This document shows positions 28,681 through 37,420 of a stretch of DNA of 64,000 nt, piece after piece. Under the pieces are notes generated by a model. That model worked only from the letters and a program-made list of their open reading frames with translations. It was not told the origin of the DNA and made no database searches. Both the position numbers and the translations under genes were made by a program. This DNA is from Ruminococcus bicirculans (ex Wegman et al. 2014). Lineage in GTDB: Bacteria; Bacillota; Clostridia; Christensenellales; DTU072. The stretch covers positions 4,645 through 68,644 of the forward strand of contig CAVIFU010000001.1 of NCBI GenBank assembly GCA_963642145.1, read 5' to 3'. Every line of letters begins with the position of its first letter. Position 1 is the stretch's first letter.

Positions 28681-29936
28681 CCAAAACCATAGTTGTAGCA
28701 GGTGCCGGACCTGCCGGGATAATGAGCGCGTTGACGGCGCGCAAAAACGGCAATAACGTCATTTTGATAGACAAAAATGCCAAAATCGGCAGAAAATTAT
28801 ATATATCCGGTAAAGGCAGATGCAATCTAACCAACGTCGCGGAGTATAACGATTTTTTGTCCAACATAAAAAGCAACCCTAAGTTTTTGATGGGAGCATT
28901 ACGCGCGTTTGACAACAAGCAAACGATGGATTATTTCGAGTCTCTCGGCGTTAGGCTGAAAGTTGAGCGCGGCGGAAGAGTTTTCCCCGTCTCGGATAAG
29001 AGCTCGGACGTCATAGACGCGCTGTACAAAGAGCTAAACGCGCTCGGCGTCAAAACCATGCTTTCTACGGAACTGTATGACGTCGGCATTGCGGACGGCA
29101 GTGTCACGAATGTGGTTACAAGCGCGGGCTTATTGCCGTGCGACGCATTGATTCTTGCCGTAGGCGGCGTTTCTTATCCCAAGACCGGTTCGGACGGATC
29201 CGCATACGAAATCGTGCGCAAAATCGGGCACACAATTGTAAATCCGGTAGCCGGATTGTCTGCAATCGAGCTTGAAGGCGTAGAAACCCCTCTCGGAATC
29301 GCAAACGTCGAAAAATTGCCGCTTCCCGAGGGTTTAAGCCTAAAAAATGTCAAATTAAGCGCGATAGGGGAGCACTCAAACAAGGTGCTTGCCTGCGAAT
29401 TCGGCGAAATGCTGTTCACTCACGACGGCGTTTCCGGTCCGATTGTGCTGAGTTTGTCTTCCGCGATAAACAGGCTGAATTTATCGGATGTCAAGCTCGT
29501 TCTCGACTTGAAACCGGCTCTTGACGAGCAGACTTTGGACAAGCGCGTGCTGTCCGATTTTTCCGAAGTCGGCAACAAAATGTTCCGTAACTCTTTGGAC
29601 GCGTTGCTTCCCAAGAGCCTTATTCCGTATGTCGTTTCGGCGTCCGGGATAGCCCGAGATAAACCGGTCAACGCAGTAACAAAGACGGAACGCAAAGTCC
29701 TTGTCAACCTTCTCAAACGGATGATGTTCAAAATCAAAGGATTGGCGCCTATAGAAGAAGCCATAGTGACGGCAGGGGGAGTCGCGGTCAAAGAAATCGA
29801 TCCGAAGACGATGCGTAGCAAACTCATAGAGAACTTATATTTTGCCGGCGAAATGATAGACGTTGACGCGCTTACCGGCGGTTACAATATTCAAATCGCA
29901 TTGTCTACCGGATATGTAGCCGGCAACAATGCATAG
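28677..29936 (+). CDS. NAD(P)/FAD-dependent oxidoreductase, HI0933/BaiN-like flavoprotein
   Basis: Start at ATG 28677 (AGAGGGG SD, ATGA overlap with surE). IVVAGAGPAGIMSA dinucleotide fold, GRKLYISGKGRCNLTN, LYFAGE..DVDA.TGGYN.Q.A..TG. Confidence 0.88.
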   Translation: MTKTIVVAGAGPAGIMSALTARKNGNNVILIDKNAKIGRKLYISGKGRCNLTNVAEYNDFLSNIKSNPKFLMGALRAFDNKQTMDYFESLGVRLKVERGGRVFPVSDKSSDVIDALYKELNALGVKTMLSTELYDVGIADGSVTNVVTSAGLLPCDALILAVGGVSYPKTGSDGSAYEIVRKIGHTIVNPVAGLSAIELEGVETPLGIANVEKLPLPEGLSLKNVKLSAIGEHSNKVLACEFGEMLFTHDGVSGPIVLSLSSAINRLNLSDVKLVLDLKPALDEQTLDKRVLSDFSEVGNKMFRNSLDALLPKSLIPYVVSASGIARDKPVNAVTKTERKVLVNLLKRMMFKIKGLAPIEEAIVTAGGVAVKEIDPKTMRSKLIENLYFAGEMIDVDALTGGYNIQIALSTGYVAGNNA

Positions 29937-29946
29937 GAGAAAGCAT

Positions 29947-30606
29947 ATGACACTCAACATAGCAATAGACGGTCCTGCCGGGGCAGGAAAAAGCACCATA
30001 GCAAAGCTTATTGCCAACAAACTCGGCATAGTTTACCTCGATACGGGAGCAATGTACAGAGCCCTCGCGTATTACGCCGCGTCTCGCGGCATTGCGCCGG
30101 ACGACGTTCCTGCGGTGCTCGGCATTCTCGACGACGTCGATATGGCGGTCGAATACACAAACGGCATCCAAAAAGTGTGCGTTAACGGCAAAGACGTAAC
30201 GCCGTATCTCAGAGAAAACAACATAAGCATGGCGGCTTCCACCATTTCGAAAATTGCCGAAGTCAGAGCCAAACTTGTTGCTTTGCAACAAAAAATAGCG
30301 TCCGAAACGGATTGCGTTCTTGACGGCAGAGATATATGCACCGTCGTACTCCCGGATGCCAAGGTAAAAATTTACATGGACGCAAAGCCCGCAATCCGTG
30401 CGGAAAGAAGACTCAAAGACTTAGCTCTGAGAGGCGAAACGCATACCTTCGACGAGATTTTGGAAGACATCAAAAAACGCGATTATCAAGACATGAACAG
30501 GCAGGTTTCTCCCTTGCGAATAGCCGAGGGCGCGACGTATATAGACACATCCGATATGACGATAGACGAGGTCGCCGATTCAGTCATCAAACTATGCCTG
30601 AGATAA
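29947..30606 (+). CDS. cmk: cytidylate kinase
   Basis: IAIDGPAGAGKST.AK..A..L....LDTGAMYRA. Start at ATG 29947 after AGGAGA. Confidence 0.95.
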   Translation: MTLNIAIDGPAGAGKSTIAKLIANKLGIVYLDTGAMYRALAYYAASRGIAPDDVPAVLGILDDVDMAVEYTNGIQKVCVNGKDVTPYLRENNISMAASTISKIAEVRAKLVALQQKIASETDCVLDGRDICTVVLPDAKVKIYMDAKPAIRAERRLKDLALRGETHTFDEILEDIKKRDYQDMNRQVSPLRIAEGATYIDTSDMTIDEVADSVIKLCLR

Positions 30607-32945
30607 TTGTAACTAAGTATTCGGGCTATTGTCCGAGCGTCGAACGCGCGATAAATATTGCCATTGAAACCGCCGAAAAAGCCCAAAATGTGTATACTTA
30701 CGGAGCGATAGCGCACAATCACTCCGTTACAGACAGGCTTGGCGTCTACGGAATAAAAGTTGCGGATTCATTGGAATCTCTAAGTCGCGGAGACACGCTT
30801 GTCATAAGCGCGCACGGAGCGTGTCCGGAACTCTATGGAGCGTGCAAAGCGCGCGGAATTAACGTAGTCGACGCCACTTGTCCCAACGTCAAAAACATTC
30901 ACAAACTCGTTCAAGAGTACTCCGAGCAGGGGTACTGCATTTTGCTTGCAGGCGACAAAAATCACAAAGAAGTACGCGGAATTTGCGGATACGGCAAGAA
31001 TGTTATCGTCATAAACGAGTGCCCGAAAGAGCTCCCGAACGGATTCGACAAGTACATGTTATCGGCACAAACGACCTTTGACAAAGAATCGTTTGACAAA
31101 ATAGCCGAAAATTTACAATTTTTGGCGAGGAACTCTAAAAAAACACTTGTAATATTTAACACTATTTGTTATACTACCATACGTAGACAAGCGGAGGCAA
31201 GGGAGCTTAGTGCTTTTGCGGATGCGGTGTTCGTTGTGGGAGACGCACAAAGTGCCAATACGCGAAGACTCGCAAGTATAGCAAGCGCCCGTTGCGAACA
31301 AGTTTACCTAATATCGGAAGCTGCCGAATTGGATTCGGTTGCAAATATAAAAAATATCACAAAGCCTTGCGTGTTAGCGGGCGCATCGGCTCCCAAAGAG
31401 TCGGTTATGGAGGTCATCAACAAAATGGATCAAACAATCAACCCTGTAGATCTTGCTCAAGAGAACGAGATCAAAACCGAAACCGAAGAAGTTATCACAA
31501 ATGATGCCGCTACGGAAGAAGTAAAAACCGAAGAAGTAAAAGCTCCCGTAAAGGCGGACAAAAAATCCGGCGAAATCACCAGTATGGAAGAAGCTCTCAA
31601 GAGCGGATACGCTCCCAAGTCTTATCGTGAAGGCATGACCGTCAAGGCCACAATCCAGAGCATCGAGCCTACCGGCGTAACGGTTTACGTAAATTTGAAC
31701 GGCAAGAACGACTCCGGCTTCATTTCCGCAGAAGAAATGGAACTTGACGGATCTTATGATCCCGGCAAATATGCGATAGGCGATAATCTCCAAGCGATAA
31801 TTATACCTAAGGGCGATAGCAAAAACAAAGCCATCAACCTTTCCAAGAAGAAATATGACGAGCTCCTTGTTGCGGATGAGGCTGTCAAAGCTATCAAAGA
31901 GGGCGAAGAATTTACTCTTACCATCGCCCAAGCCATCAAAGGCGGTTTGCTCGGCAAAATAGGTTCTTACACCATTTTTGTACCGGCGAGCCAAATTCGT
32001 ATCGGATATGTCAAGAACTTAGAAGAGTACGTAGGCAAGAAGCTTCGTTTGCGTATGCTTCCTCCCAAAGAGGACGCGGCGGAAGACGGTGAAGAGAAGC
32101 GTCGTCCCAATCCCAAGCGCATCGTTGCAAGCCAACGCATAATCCTTGAGGAAGAAAGAGCTGCCAAAGAAGAAGCGTTCTGGGACGCAATGCAAGTAAA
32201 TAACGTCGTTGAAGGCAAAGTAAAGCGTTTTGCCATGAAAGACGGCAAATATTTCGGCGTATTCGTTTCCATTATGAACAAAGATTGCTTGCTCCATATC
32301 AGCGACCTCAGCTGGACAAAAGTCGACGATCCGTCCACGATCCTCGAACTCAACAAGAAGTACGAGTTTGTAGTTCTCAAAGCCGATAGGGAAAACGACA
32401 AAGTTTCTCTCGGATACAAGCAACTCCAAAAACAACCCTATGAACTTGCCGCAGAGAAATATCATGTCGGCGACGTTATCAAGGGCAAGGTCGAAAGAAT
32501 CAAAGATTTCGGCGCGTTCATCTCCATCGAGCCCGGTATCGACGGTCTTGTACACGTCAGCGAAATCAGCCATAAGTGGATTGCAAACGCTGCCGAAGCG
32601 CTCAAAGTCGGCGACGAAGTGGAAGCCAAGATCGTAAGCTTTGAAAAGAACAAGATTACGCTCAGCATCAAAGCACTCCTTGATCCCCCGGTCGTTGAAG
32701 AACATACCGAAGAGGCTACCGACGCCGAAGACGGCAACAAAACAAACAGCCGCGTAGCTCGCTTCAACAAGAGAGCAACTCAAGCCGATGACAAGCGTTC
32801 CGAGCGCAAACCGAGACGCGAAGCCAAGGTTGAGGACGATGAACCGCATGAGTACATTTCCTCCACAACCGGTACGACGATGGCGGATCTCTTCAAAGGA
32901 TTTGACCTTGATAAGTTCAAAGATTCCGACGAAGGCGATAAATAA
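30594..32945 (+). CDS. ispH: bifunctional 4-hydroxy-3-methylbut-2-enyl diphosphate reductase (IspH/LytB) fused to ribosomal protein S1 repeats
   Basis: I start it at ATG 30594 (MPEIIVTKYSGYCPSVERAI), not track start 30336, which runs through cmk. The N-terminal ~285 aa are LytB (DATCP.V...H, FNTIC..T..RQ). The C-terminal ~480 aa carry several S1 domains (G..V.G.V.....G.FV.I..G.DGL.H.SE). Confidence 0.93.
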   Translation: MPEIIVTKYSGYCPSVERAINIAIETAEKAQNVYTYGAIAHNHSVTDRLGVYGIKVADSLESLSRGDTLVISAHGACPELYGACKARGINVVDATCPNVKNIHKLVQEYSEQGYCILLAGDKNHKEVRGICGYGKNVIVINECPKELPNGFDKYMLSAQTTFDKESFDKIAENLQFLARNSKKTLVIFNTICYTTIRRQAEARELSAFADAVFVVGDAQSANTRRLASIASARCEQVYLISEAAELDSVANIKNITKPCVLAGASAPKESVMEVINKMDQTINPVDLAQENEIKTETEEVITNDAATEEVKTEEVKAPVKADKKSGEITSMEEALKSGYAPKSYREGMTVKATIQSIEPTGVTVYVNLNGKNDSGFISAEEMELDGSYDPGKYAIGDNLQAIIIPKGDSKNKAINLSKKKYDELLVADEAVKAIKEGEEFTLTIAQAIKGGLLGKIGSYTIFVPASQIRIGYVKNLEEYVGKKLRLRMLPPKEDAAEDGEEKRRPNPKRIVASQRIILEEERAAKEEAFWDAMQVNNVVEGKVKRFAMKDGKYFGVFVSIMNKDCLLHISDLSWTKVDDPSTILELNKKYEFVVLKADRENDKVSLGYKQLQKQPYELAAEKYHVGDVIKGKVERIKDFGAFISIEPGIDGLVHVSEISHKWIANAAEALKVGDEVEAKIVSFEKNKITLSIKALLDPPVVEEHTEEATDAEDGNKTNSRVARFNKRATQADDKRSERKPRREAKVEDDEPHEYISSTTGTTMADLFKGFDLDKFKDSDEGDK

Positions 32946-32953
32946 AACCAAAC

Positions 32954-32984
32954 GGGCTGCCTTAAAGGTAGCCCTTAATTTTTT
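32954..32984 (+). terminator. hairpin plus T-tract after ispH::S1, abutting the purB start
   Basis: GGGCTGCC-TTAAA-GGTAGCCC followed by TTAATTTTTT. Confidence 0.6.
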
Positions 32985-32992
32985 AAGTGAAT

Positions 32993-34432
32993 ATGGATCA
33001 TAACAGATATAATAATCCGTTAACTACTCGTTATGCAACCGAAGCCATGTCGGAGATATTTTCCGATCAACATAGGATAGCATATTTCCGCAAGCTTTGG
33101 GTCGCTTTGGCTAAGGGCGAAAAAACCTTGGGCTTGGGTATCACGGACGAACAAATCAAAGAGCTGGAAGCGCACGTAAACGATATCGATTTCGAGCTGG
33201 AAGCGGAAAGGGAAAAACTTGTACGCCACGACGTTATGGCGCACATATATACCTACGGAGTCGCCTGCCCGAGCGCGGCGCCCATAATCCATTTGGGCGC
33301 TACAAGTTGCTATGTTACTGATAATGCCGATGTGCTTGTCTATCGCGACGCTATCGGGCTGATTAAGCTGAAAATAGTAGCTATCCTTCAAAAATTGAGG
33401 GGCTTTGCACAAAAGTATCGCGCCACGCCCACACTCGGTTACACACACCTGCAACCGGCTCAACTCGTGACGGTAGGTAAACGCGCCACGCTTTGGATGC
33501 AAGATCTTTTAATTGACCTCGAAGCCATAGATTTTGCCTTATCCGAGCTTAAATTGCGTGGCGTAAAGGGAACTACCGGTACGCAAGCAAGTTTTCTGTC
33601 GTTATTTAACGGCGACGCGCAAAAAGTAGAAGAACTCGATCGTTTCGTTTGCAGAGAATTCGGTGACAACGAGTCAATTGCCGTTTCCGGGCAAACTTAC
33701 ACTCGCAAACTCGATTATTATGTAGTATCCGCACTTTCCGGGTTTGCGCAATCGGCATATAAATTCGCGCAGGACATCAGAATTTTACAGAGCTACAAAG
33801 AGATAGAAGAGCCGTTTGCCGAAAAACAAATAGGCTCGTCCGCCATGGCTTACAAACGTAACCCGATGCGTTCGGAGCGCATATGCTCGCTTGCGCGGTA
33901 TTTGGTATCGTTACCGGTCAATACCGCGATGACTGCATGCGTACAAGGCTTTGAGCGCACTCTCGACGATAGCGCTAACAGGCGCATTGTAATGGGCGAT
34001 GCGTTTATGACGGCTGACGCCATATGCGAGCTGATGCTCAATGTGTCCGGCGGATTAGTCGTGTACGAAAACGTTATAAATCGCAGAATAGCCGAAGAGA
34101 TTCCGTTTATGGCTACCGAAAACATTTTGATGTCGTCTGTCAAGAAGGGCGGTAACAGACAAGAATTGCACGAAAAAATTCGCACGTACGCAATGGAAGC
34201 GGAGAAAAAATCTCGCATGACAGGCGAACCGAACGATTTGTTAACAAGACTTAAAGCCGATCCGGATTTTGCGCCGGTAATTGACGGAAGCGACGTTTTG
34301 TCACCCTCAAACTACATCGGGATGGCTCCCGAACAGGTAGACAAATTTATTGAAACGCGCGTAGATCCGATAATCGAGGCGCACAAAACCGAACTTGAAA
34401 CACTTAAAGGGGCCGGAGAAATCAAGATATAA
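32993..34432 (+). CDS. purB: adenylosuccinate lyase
   Basis: NPLTTRYATEAMSEIFSD, HLGATS, GYTHLQPAQ, GSSAMAYKRNP signature. Start is ATG 32993 (or GTG 32987). Confidence 0.95.
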   Translation: MDHNRYNNPLTTRYATEAMSEIFSDQHRIAYFRKLWVALAKGEKTLGLGITDEQIKELEAHVNDIDFELEAEREKLVRHDVMAHIYTYGVACPSAAPIIHLGATSCYVTDNADVLVYRDAIGLIKLKIVAILQKLRGFAQKYRATPTLGYTHLQPAQLVTVGKRATLWMQDLLIDLEAIDFALSELKLRGVKGTTGTQASFLSLFNGDAQKVEELDRFVCREFGDNESIAVSGQTYTRKLDYYVVSALSGFAQSAYKFAQDIRILQSYKEIEEPFAEKQIGSSAMAYKRNPMRSERICSLARYLVSLPVNTAMTACVQGFERTLDDSANRRIVMGDAFMTADAICELMLNVSGGLVVYENVINRRIAEEIPFMATENILMSSVKKGGNRQELHEKIRTYAMEAEKKSRMTGEPNDLLTRLKADPDFAPVIDGSDVLSPSNYIGMAPEQVDKFIETRVDPIIEAHKTELETLKGAGEIKI

Positions 34433-34434
34433 AA

Positions 34435-34460
34435 ATACGTCCGTATCAAACGGACGTATT
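34435..34460. terminator. bidirectional hairpin shared by purB (+) and tRNA-Trp (-)
   Basis: ATACGTCCG-tatcaaa-CGGACGTAT, with a T-run on the minus-strand side (ATTTTTAT) and TT on the plus side. Confidence 0.6.
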
Positions 34461-34535
34461 TGGCAGGGGAGACGCGAGTCGAACACGCAATCGACGGTTT
34501 TGGAGACCGTTGCCATACCATTAGGCCACTCCCCT
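34461..34535 (-). tRNA. tRNA-Trp: tRNA-Trp (anticodon CCA), CCA-encoded
   Basis: The reverse complement folds as a cloverleaf: acceptor AGGGGAG/CTCCCCT, anticodon stem ACGGT/ACCGT with loop CTCCAAA, T-arm GCGTG-TTCGACT-CGCGT, 3' GCCA. Confidence 0.92.
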
Positions 34536-34551
34536 AAGTGCTAACGGAAAC

Positions 34552-34580
34552 ATTATAACCAAAATCACAAAGTAAGTCAA
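34552..34580 (-). promoter_or_regulatory. consensus promoter for tRNA-Trp (TTGACT-17-TATAAT on the minus strand)
   Basis: Hexamers read directly. The -10 ends ~16 nt upstream of the mature tRNA 5' end. Confidence 0.65.
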
Positions 34581-34608
34581 TCGTTATTGCAATAAAAAGT
34601 AAGTAGCT

Positions 34609-35049
34609 ATGAAGATTGTAGATTTATATACCGACGGTGCGTGCAGCGGCAATCCGGGAGCAGGCGGTTGGTGCGCGATTTTAATATACAAGGGAACCGA
34701 GCTCGTGCTTTCAGGCGGTGAGGCAGAAACGACAAACAACCGCATGGAGCTCATGGGAGTCATCAGGGGGTTGCAACGACTCAAAGAATCTTGCGAAGTG
34801 CACATATACAGCGATTCCGCGTATTATGTCAATGCGATAGAAAAAGGTTGGATAGACACATGGCTGATGAACAATTGGCAAACTAAGCAGAAGACGCCCG
34901 TCAAAAACCAAGATTTATGGCAAGAACTGCTTGCGGAAATGCAAAAGCATGCCGTCAGGGTGATCAAAGTCAAAGGGCATAGCGATAATGAGTATAATAA
35001 CAAATGCGATGCAATAGCAAGAAGTGAAATCAAAAAATTGCAAGTCTAA
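34609..35049 (+). CDS. rnhA: ribonuclease HI
   Basis: LYTDGACSGNPG.GGW..IL......E..LSGGE..TTNNRMEL.....L; GH......N..CD.LA. Confidence 0.94.
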   Translation: MKIVDLYTDGACSGNPGAGGWCAILIYKGTELVLSGGEAETTNNRMELMGVIRGLQRLKESCEVHIYSDSAYYVNAIEKGWIDTWLMNNWQTKQKTPVKNQDLWQELLAEMQKHAVRVIKVKGHSDNEYNNKCDAIARSEIKKLQV

Positions 35050-35054
35050 AAAAT

Positions 35055-35091
35055 CGGCTGCTAAGAAGTTTTCTTAACAGCCGTCTTTTTT
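35055..35091. terminator. terminator hairpin between the convergent rnhA and padR-like genes
   Basis: CGGCTGCTAAGAA-gttt-TCTTAACAGCCG (one mismatch) followed by TCTTTTTT. Confidence 0.7.
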
Positions 35092-35102
35092 GTTTCGTGT
35101 TT

Positions 35103-36608
35103 TTATTTTTTCAGATGATAATTATTTGACTTATACAGCAATCCGTATATCAGTACGGAGATCGGGATGTTTGAAGCTATTATATACGGCACGTACGCGC
35201 TTCCTTTGGTGAAATCTACTTTTAGCGAGGGCACTACGAGTGAAACGATTATCGCTATTGCAGAAATGATGATGAATACAATTATTGCGTTAATTATTGA
35301 CGAACTCGGATTGAATTTTGCCTTTATTCGTTTTGTCGGATTGCCTGCCCATATGAGAGTAGGCACGATGGGAATTAGCAAGCCTACAACGGCAATAATG
35401 ACGTACGCCGTTATTGAGCCAAACGTTTTGTGTGCGATGATCATAACCAAAAGTTCGACGAGCAGCACCAGATAGGTAAATATAGCCGTATCGCGATTTA
35501 TGCGATTGCTATATATGTATTTCATGTAATAGTAGTTTGCAGAATTGGCTTTTTGATAAACTCTCAGTTTATAGCCGTCTTCATAGAAAGATTGCTTTAC
35601 TTCGGCAAAGTGTTTTGCTTTTGTAGCGTCTTCGTCGCGGACGAGCTCATCGCGGTTAAACGCCTTCATCGCCGTGGCTGTATTGTCCGATGCCGTGTAA
35701 ATGGCACTCAAAGCTTCTCTGTAATTTTGGTTCGGATTCATTTCCTCCGTAGTACGCTCTTTTTTGTAGTCGGGCTTATCGTCATACGATGAATTTTGCG
35801 AGGTTTTAGTCGTAGCAAGAGGGGCTTGTTCCGAGCTTTTGCTTGTTACGGAATCGTCCGCATTGCCGACAGACGCGCCGATTTGACGAGCGAACTCACC
35901 GATGTACAAAAGTTTGCTTGCCGCGACTTGTCTTTCCTTAATCCGTTGATTGGTCGCTTCGTCTACGGATGAGTTTGATTTTGTAGCGGAGTCGGTAACA
36001 TTCTCCGATTTTTGCTCCGAATCCGTTTTTACGGATGGCGTTTGGGATAGGGGAGTCGTCGGCTGACTCGCGGTTGGTGCGACAACCTGTGTATCTTGCG
36101 TTTTTTCGGATGACTCCGATAAATTTTCATTAGCTGCCGTAACCGTTTGGTTTGTGTTATTATCGATTTCAGGCTTTGACGCAGTATCGTCATCGTAATC
36201 GTATGCGCGAACCCTGCGCGTAAGCGGACGTAACTCGCCGGTATCAAACGGCGCTTCAACGGTGGCAAGGTCTATTTCTTTATCGCTGAGCAATCTGTTA
36301 ATGATTGTGCGCGAAAATTCCCATTCGCGTTGGTCTTGCAGAACCGTTTCTCTGCCCTTATCGGTTATGCGGTAATAGCGTCGCCTTCCGCCGTTTGACT
36401 CGTCGCCATAGTAAGAAGTAATAAAGCCTTGCTTTTCCAACCTCTTCAGGCATGAGTAAAGCGTCGGCTGTTTGATTTCGTAGCGACCGTCGCTTAAATT
36501 TGAAATAATATCCAGAATTTCGTAGCCGTAACGATCTCTTTCCATAATAGCATTCAGTATTATGGTATCTACGTGTCCGCGAATTAAATCCGTGTTTACA
36601 GTGTCCAT
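35103..36608 (-). CDS. membrane-anchored PadR-family transcriptional regulator (PadR wHTH, long S/T/Q/P-rich linker, C-terminal multi-TM domain)
   Basis: The N-terminus (GHVDTIILNAIMERDRYGYEILDIISNLSDGRYEIKQPTLYSCLKRLEKQGFITSYYGDESNGGRRRYYRITDKGRE) is a classic PadR domain. The last ~130 aa hold 3-4 hydrophobic helices. It lies 9 nt downstream of lexA on the same strand. Confidence 0.85.
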   Translation of the reverse strand: MDTVNTDLIRGHVDTIILNAIMERDRYGYEILDIISNLSDGRYEIKQPTLYSCLKRLEKQGFITSYYGDESNGGRRRYYRITDKGRETVLQDQREWEFSRTIINRLLSDKEIDLATVEAPFDTGELRPLTRRVRAYDYDDDTASKPEIDNNTNQTVTAANENLSESSEKTQDTQVVAPTASQPTTPLSQTPSVKTDSEQKSENVTDSATKSNSSVDEATNQRIKERQVAASKLLYIGEFARQIGASVGNADDSVTSKSSEQAPLATTKTSQNSSYDDKPDYKKERTTEEMNPNQNYREALSAIYTASDNTATAMKAFNRDELVRDEDATKAKHFAEVKQSFYEDGYKLRVYQKANSANYYYMKYIYSNRINRDTAIFTYLVLLVELLVMIIAHKTFGSITAYVIIAVVGLLIPIVPTLIWAGNPTKRIKAKFNPSSSIINAIIVFIIISAIAIIVSLVVPSLKVDFTKGSAYVPYIIASNIPISVLIYGLLYKSNNYHLKK

Positions 36609-36617
36609 TATGCGCCT

Positions 36618-37247
36618 CTAATTAATTTCCGTCCTTATCAGACCTATCACTACGCCCAAAATCGTAAGCTCTGTCGGGTAAATGTCGTCCATATATTTAT
36701 TTTCGGGATGCAGACGAATTACGCCGTTTTCGTTGTAATAACGCTTGACCGTGGCGCATTCGTCCTCAACCATTGCGACCACCACTTGCCCGTTGTTTGC
36801 CGTCGGTTGACTGCGCACGAGAATTTTATCGCCGTCGTTTATCCCGATTTCAATCATGCTTGTACCGATTACGTCAAGCATAAACACGTCTCCGTGGGCA
36901 TTGCGGAATAGATCCGACGGAAAGTAATAGGTTTCGTCGGAGTCCTCTACGGCAAGTTTGGGAACGCCTGCGGTAACACTACCGATGAGTGAAATCGGAC
37001 AAAAGTCATTCGTATTCAAATGCGACTTTGTAGTAACTTCGATTCCTCGGCTTGTTTGACGATTGATTTTTAATTCGCCGGCAGATTCCAACTTGCGAAG
37101 ATAGTATGAAGCGCTCGAAGTGGATTTAATATTGAACTTGTCGCAAATTTCTCGTATCGTAGGAGGAAAACCGCGCTCGTCAACGGTGTCGGAGATGTAA
37201 TCACGCACGCAAGATAATTTTTCTTTCATTTCATCACATTTCGTCAT
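36618..37247 (-). CDS. lexA: LexA repressor (S24 peptidase)
   Basis: Start at ATG 37247 (GGAGG SD), not track start 37304. FPPTIREI wHTH, cleavage region VTAGVP, Ser (GTSM) and Lys (ATVKRY) dyad. Confidence 0.93.
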   Translation of the reverse strand: MTKCDEMKEKLSCVRDYISDTVDERGFPPTIREICDKFNIKSTSSASYYLRKLESAGELKINRQTSRGIEVTTKSHLNTNDFCPISLIGSVTAGVPKLAVEDSDETYYFPSDLFRNAHGDVFMLDVIGTSMIEIGINDGDKILVRSQPTANNGQVVVAMVEDECATVKRYYNENGVIRLHPENKYMDDIYPTELTILGVVIGLIRTEIN

Positions 37248-37263
37248 TGCTACCTCCGCTTCG

Positions 37264-37292
37264 ATTATATTATAAATATACTCGTTTATCAA
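37264..37292 (-). promoter_or_regulatory. candidate lexA-proximal promoter (TTGATA-17-TATAAT, minus strand)
   Basis: Hexamers read directly. It would give a very short leader that starts near the SD. Confidence 0.4.
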
Positions 37293-37351
37293 GACGTTCG
37301 ACAAGATTTTTACTCATCGGATATAATATAACACATATCGCGTCAAAATGC

Positions 37352-37363
37352 AAACATAAGTTC
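37352..37363 (-). promoter_or_regulatory. candidate LexA (Cheo-type) box GAAC-TTAT-GTTT
   Basis: On the minus strand AGAACTTATGTTTG matches the Firmicute GAAC-N4-GTT(C/T) SOS box. It lies ~105 nt upstream of the lexA ATG and abuts a TTGACG -35-like hexamer. Confidence 0.4.
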
Positions 37364-37420
37364 TAATTAAACCGAAAATTTTTGCGAATACTATGAGATT
37401 GCGCTTTATTTAGAATACAT

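Noticed and set aside
30336-30593. 5' extension of the ispH::S1 ORF in the track (start at 30336).
   Set aside because: The extension runs through the 3' half of cmk in another frame and translates to an Arg-rich nonsense sequence. The conserved LytB N-terminus MPEIIV... starts at 30594.
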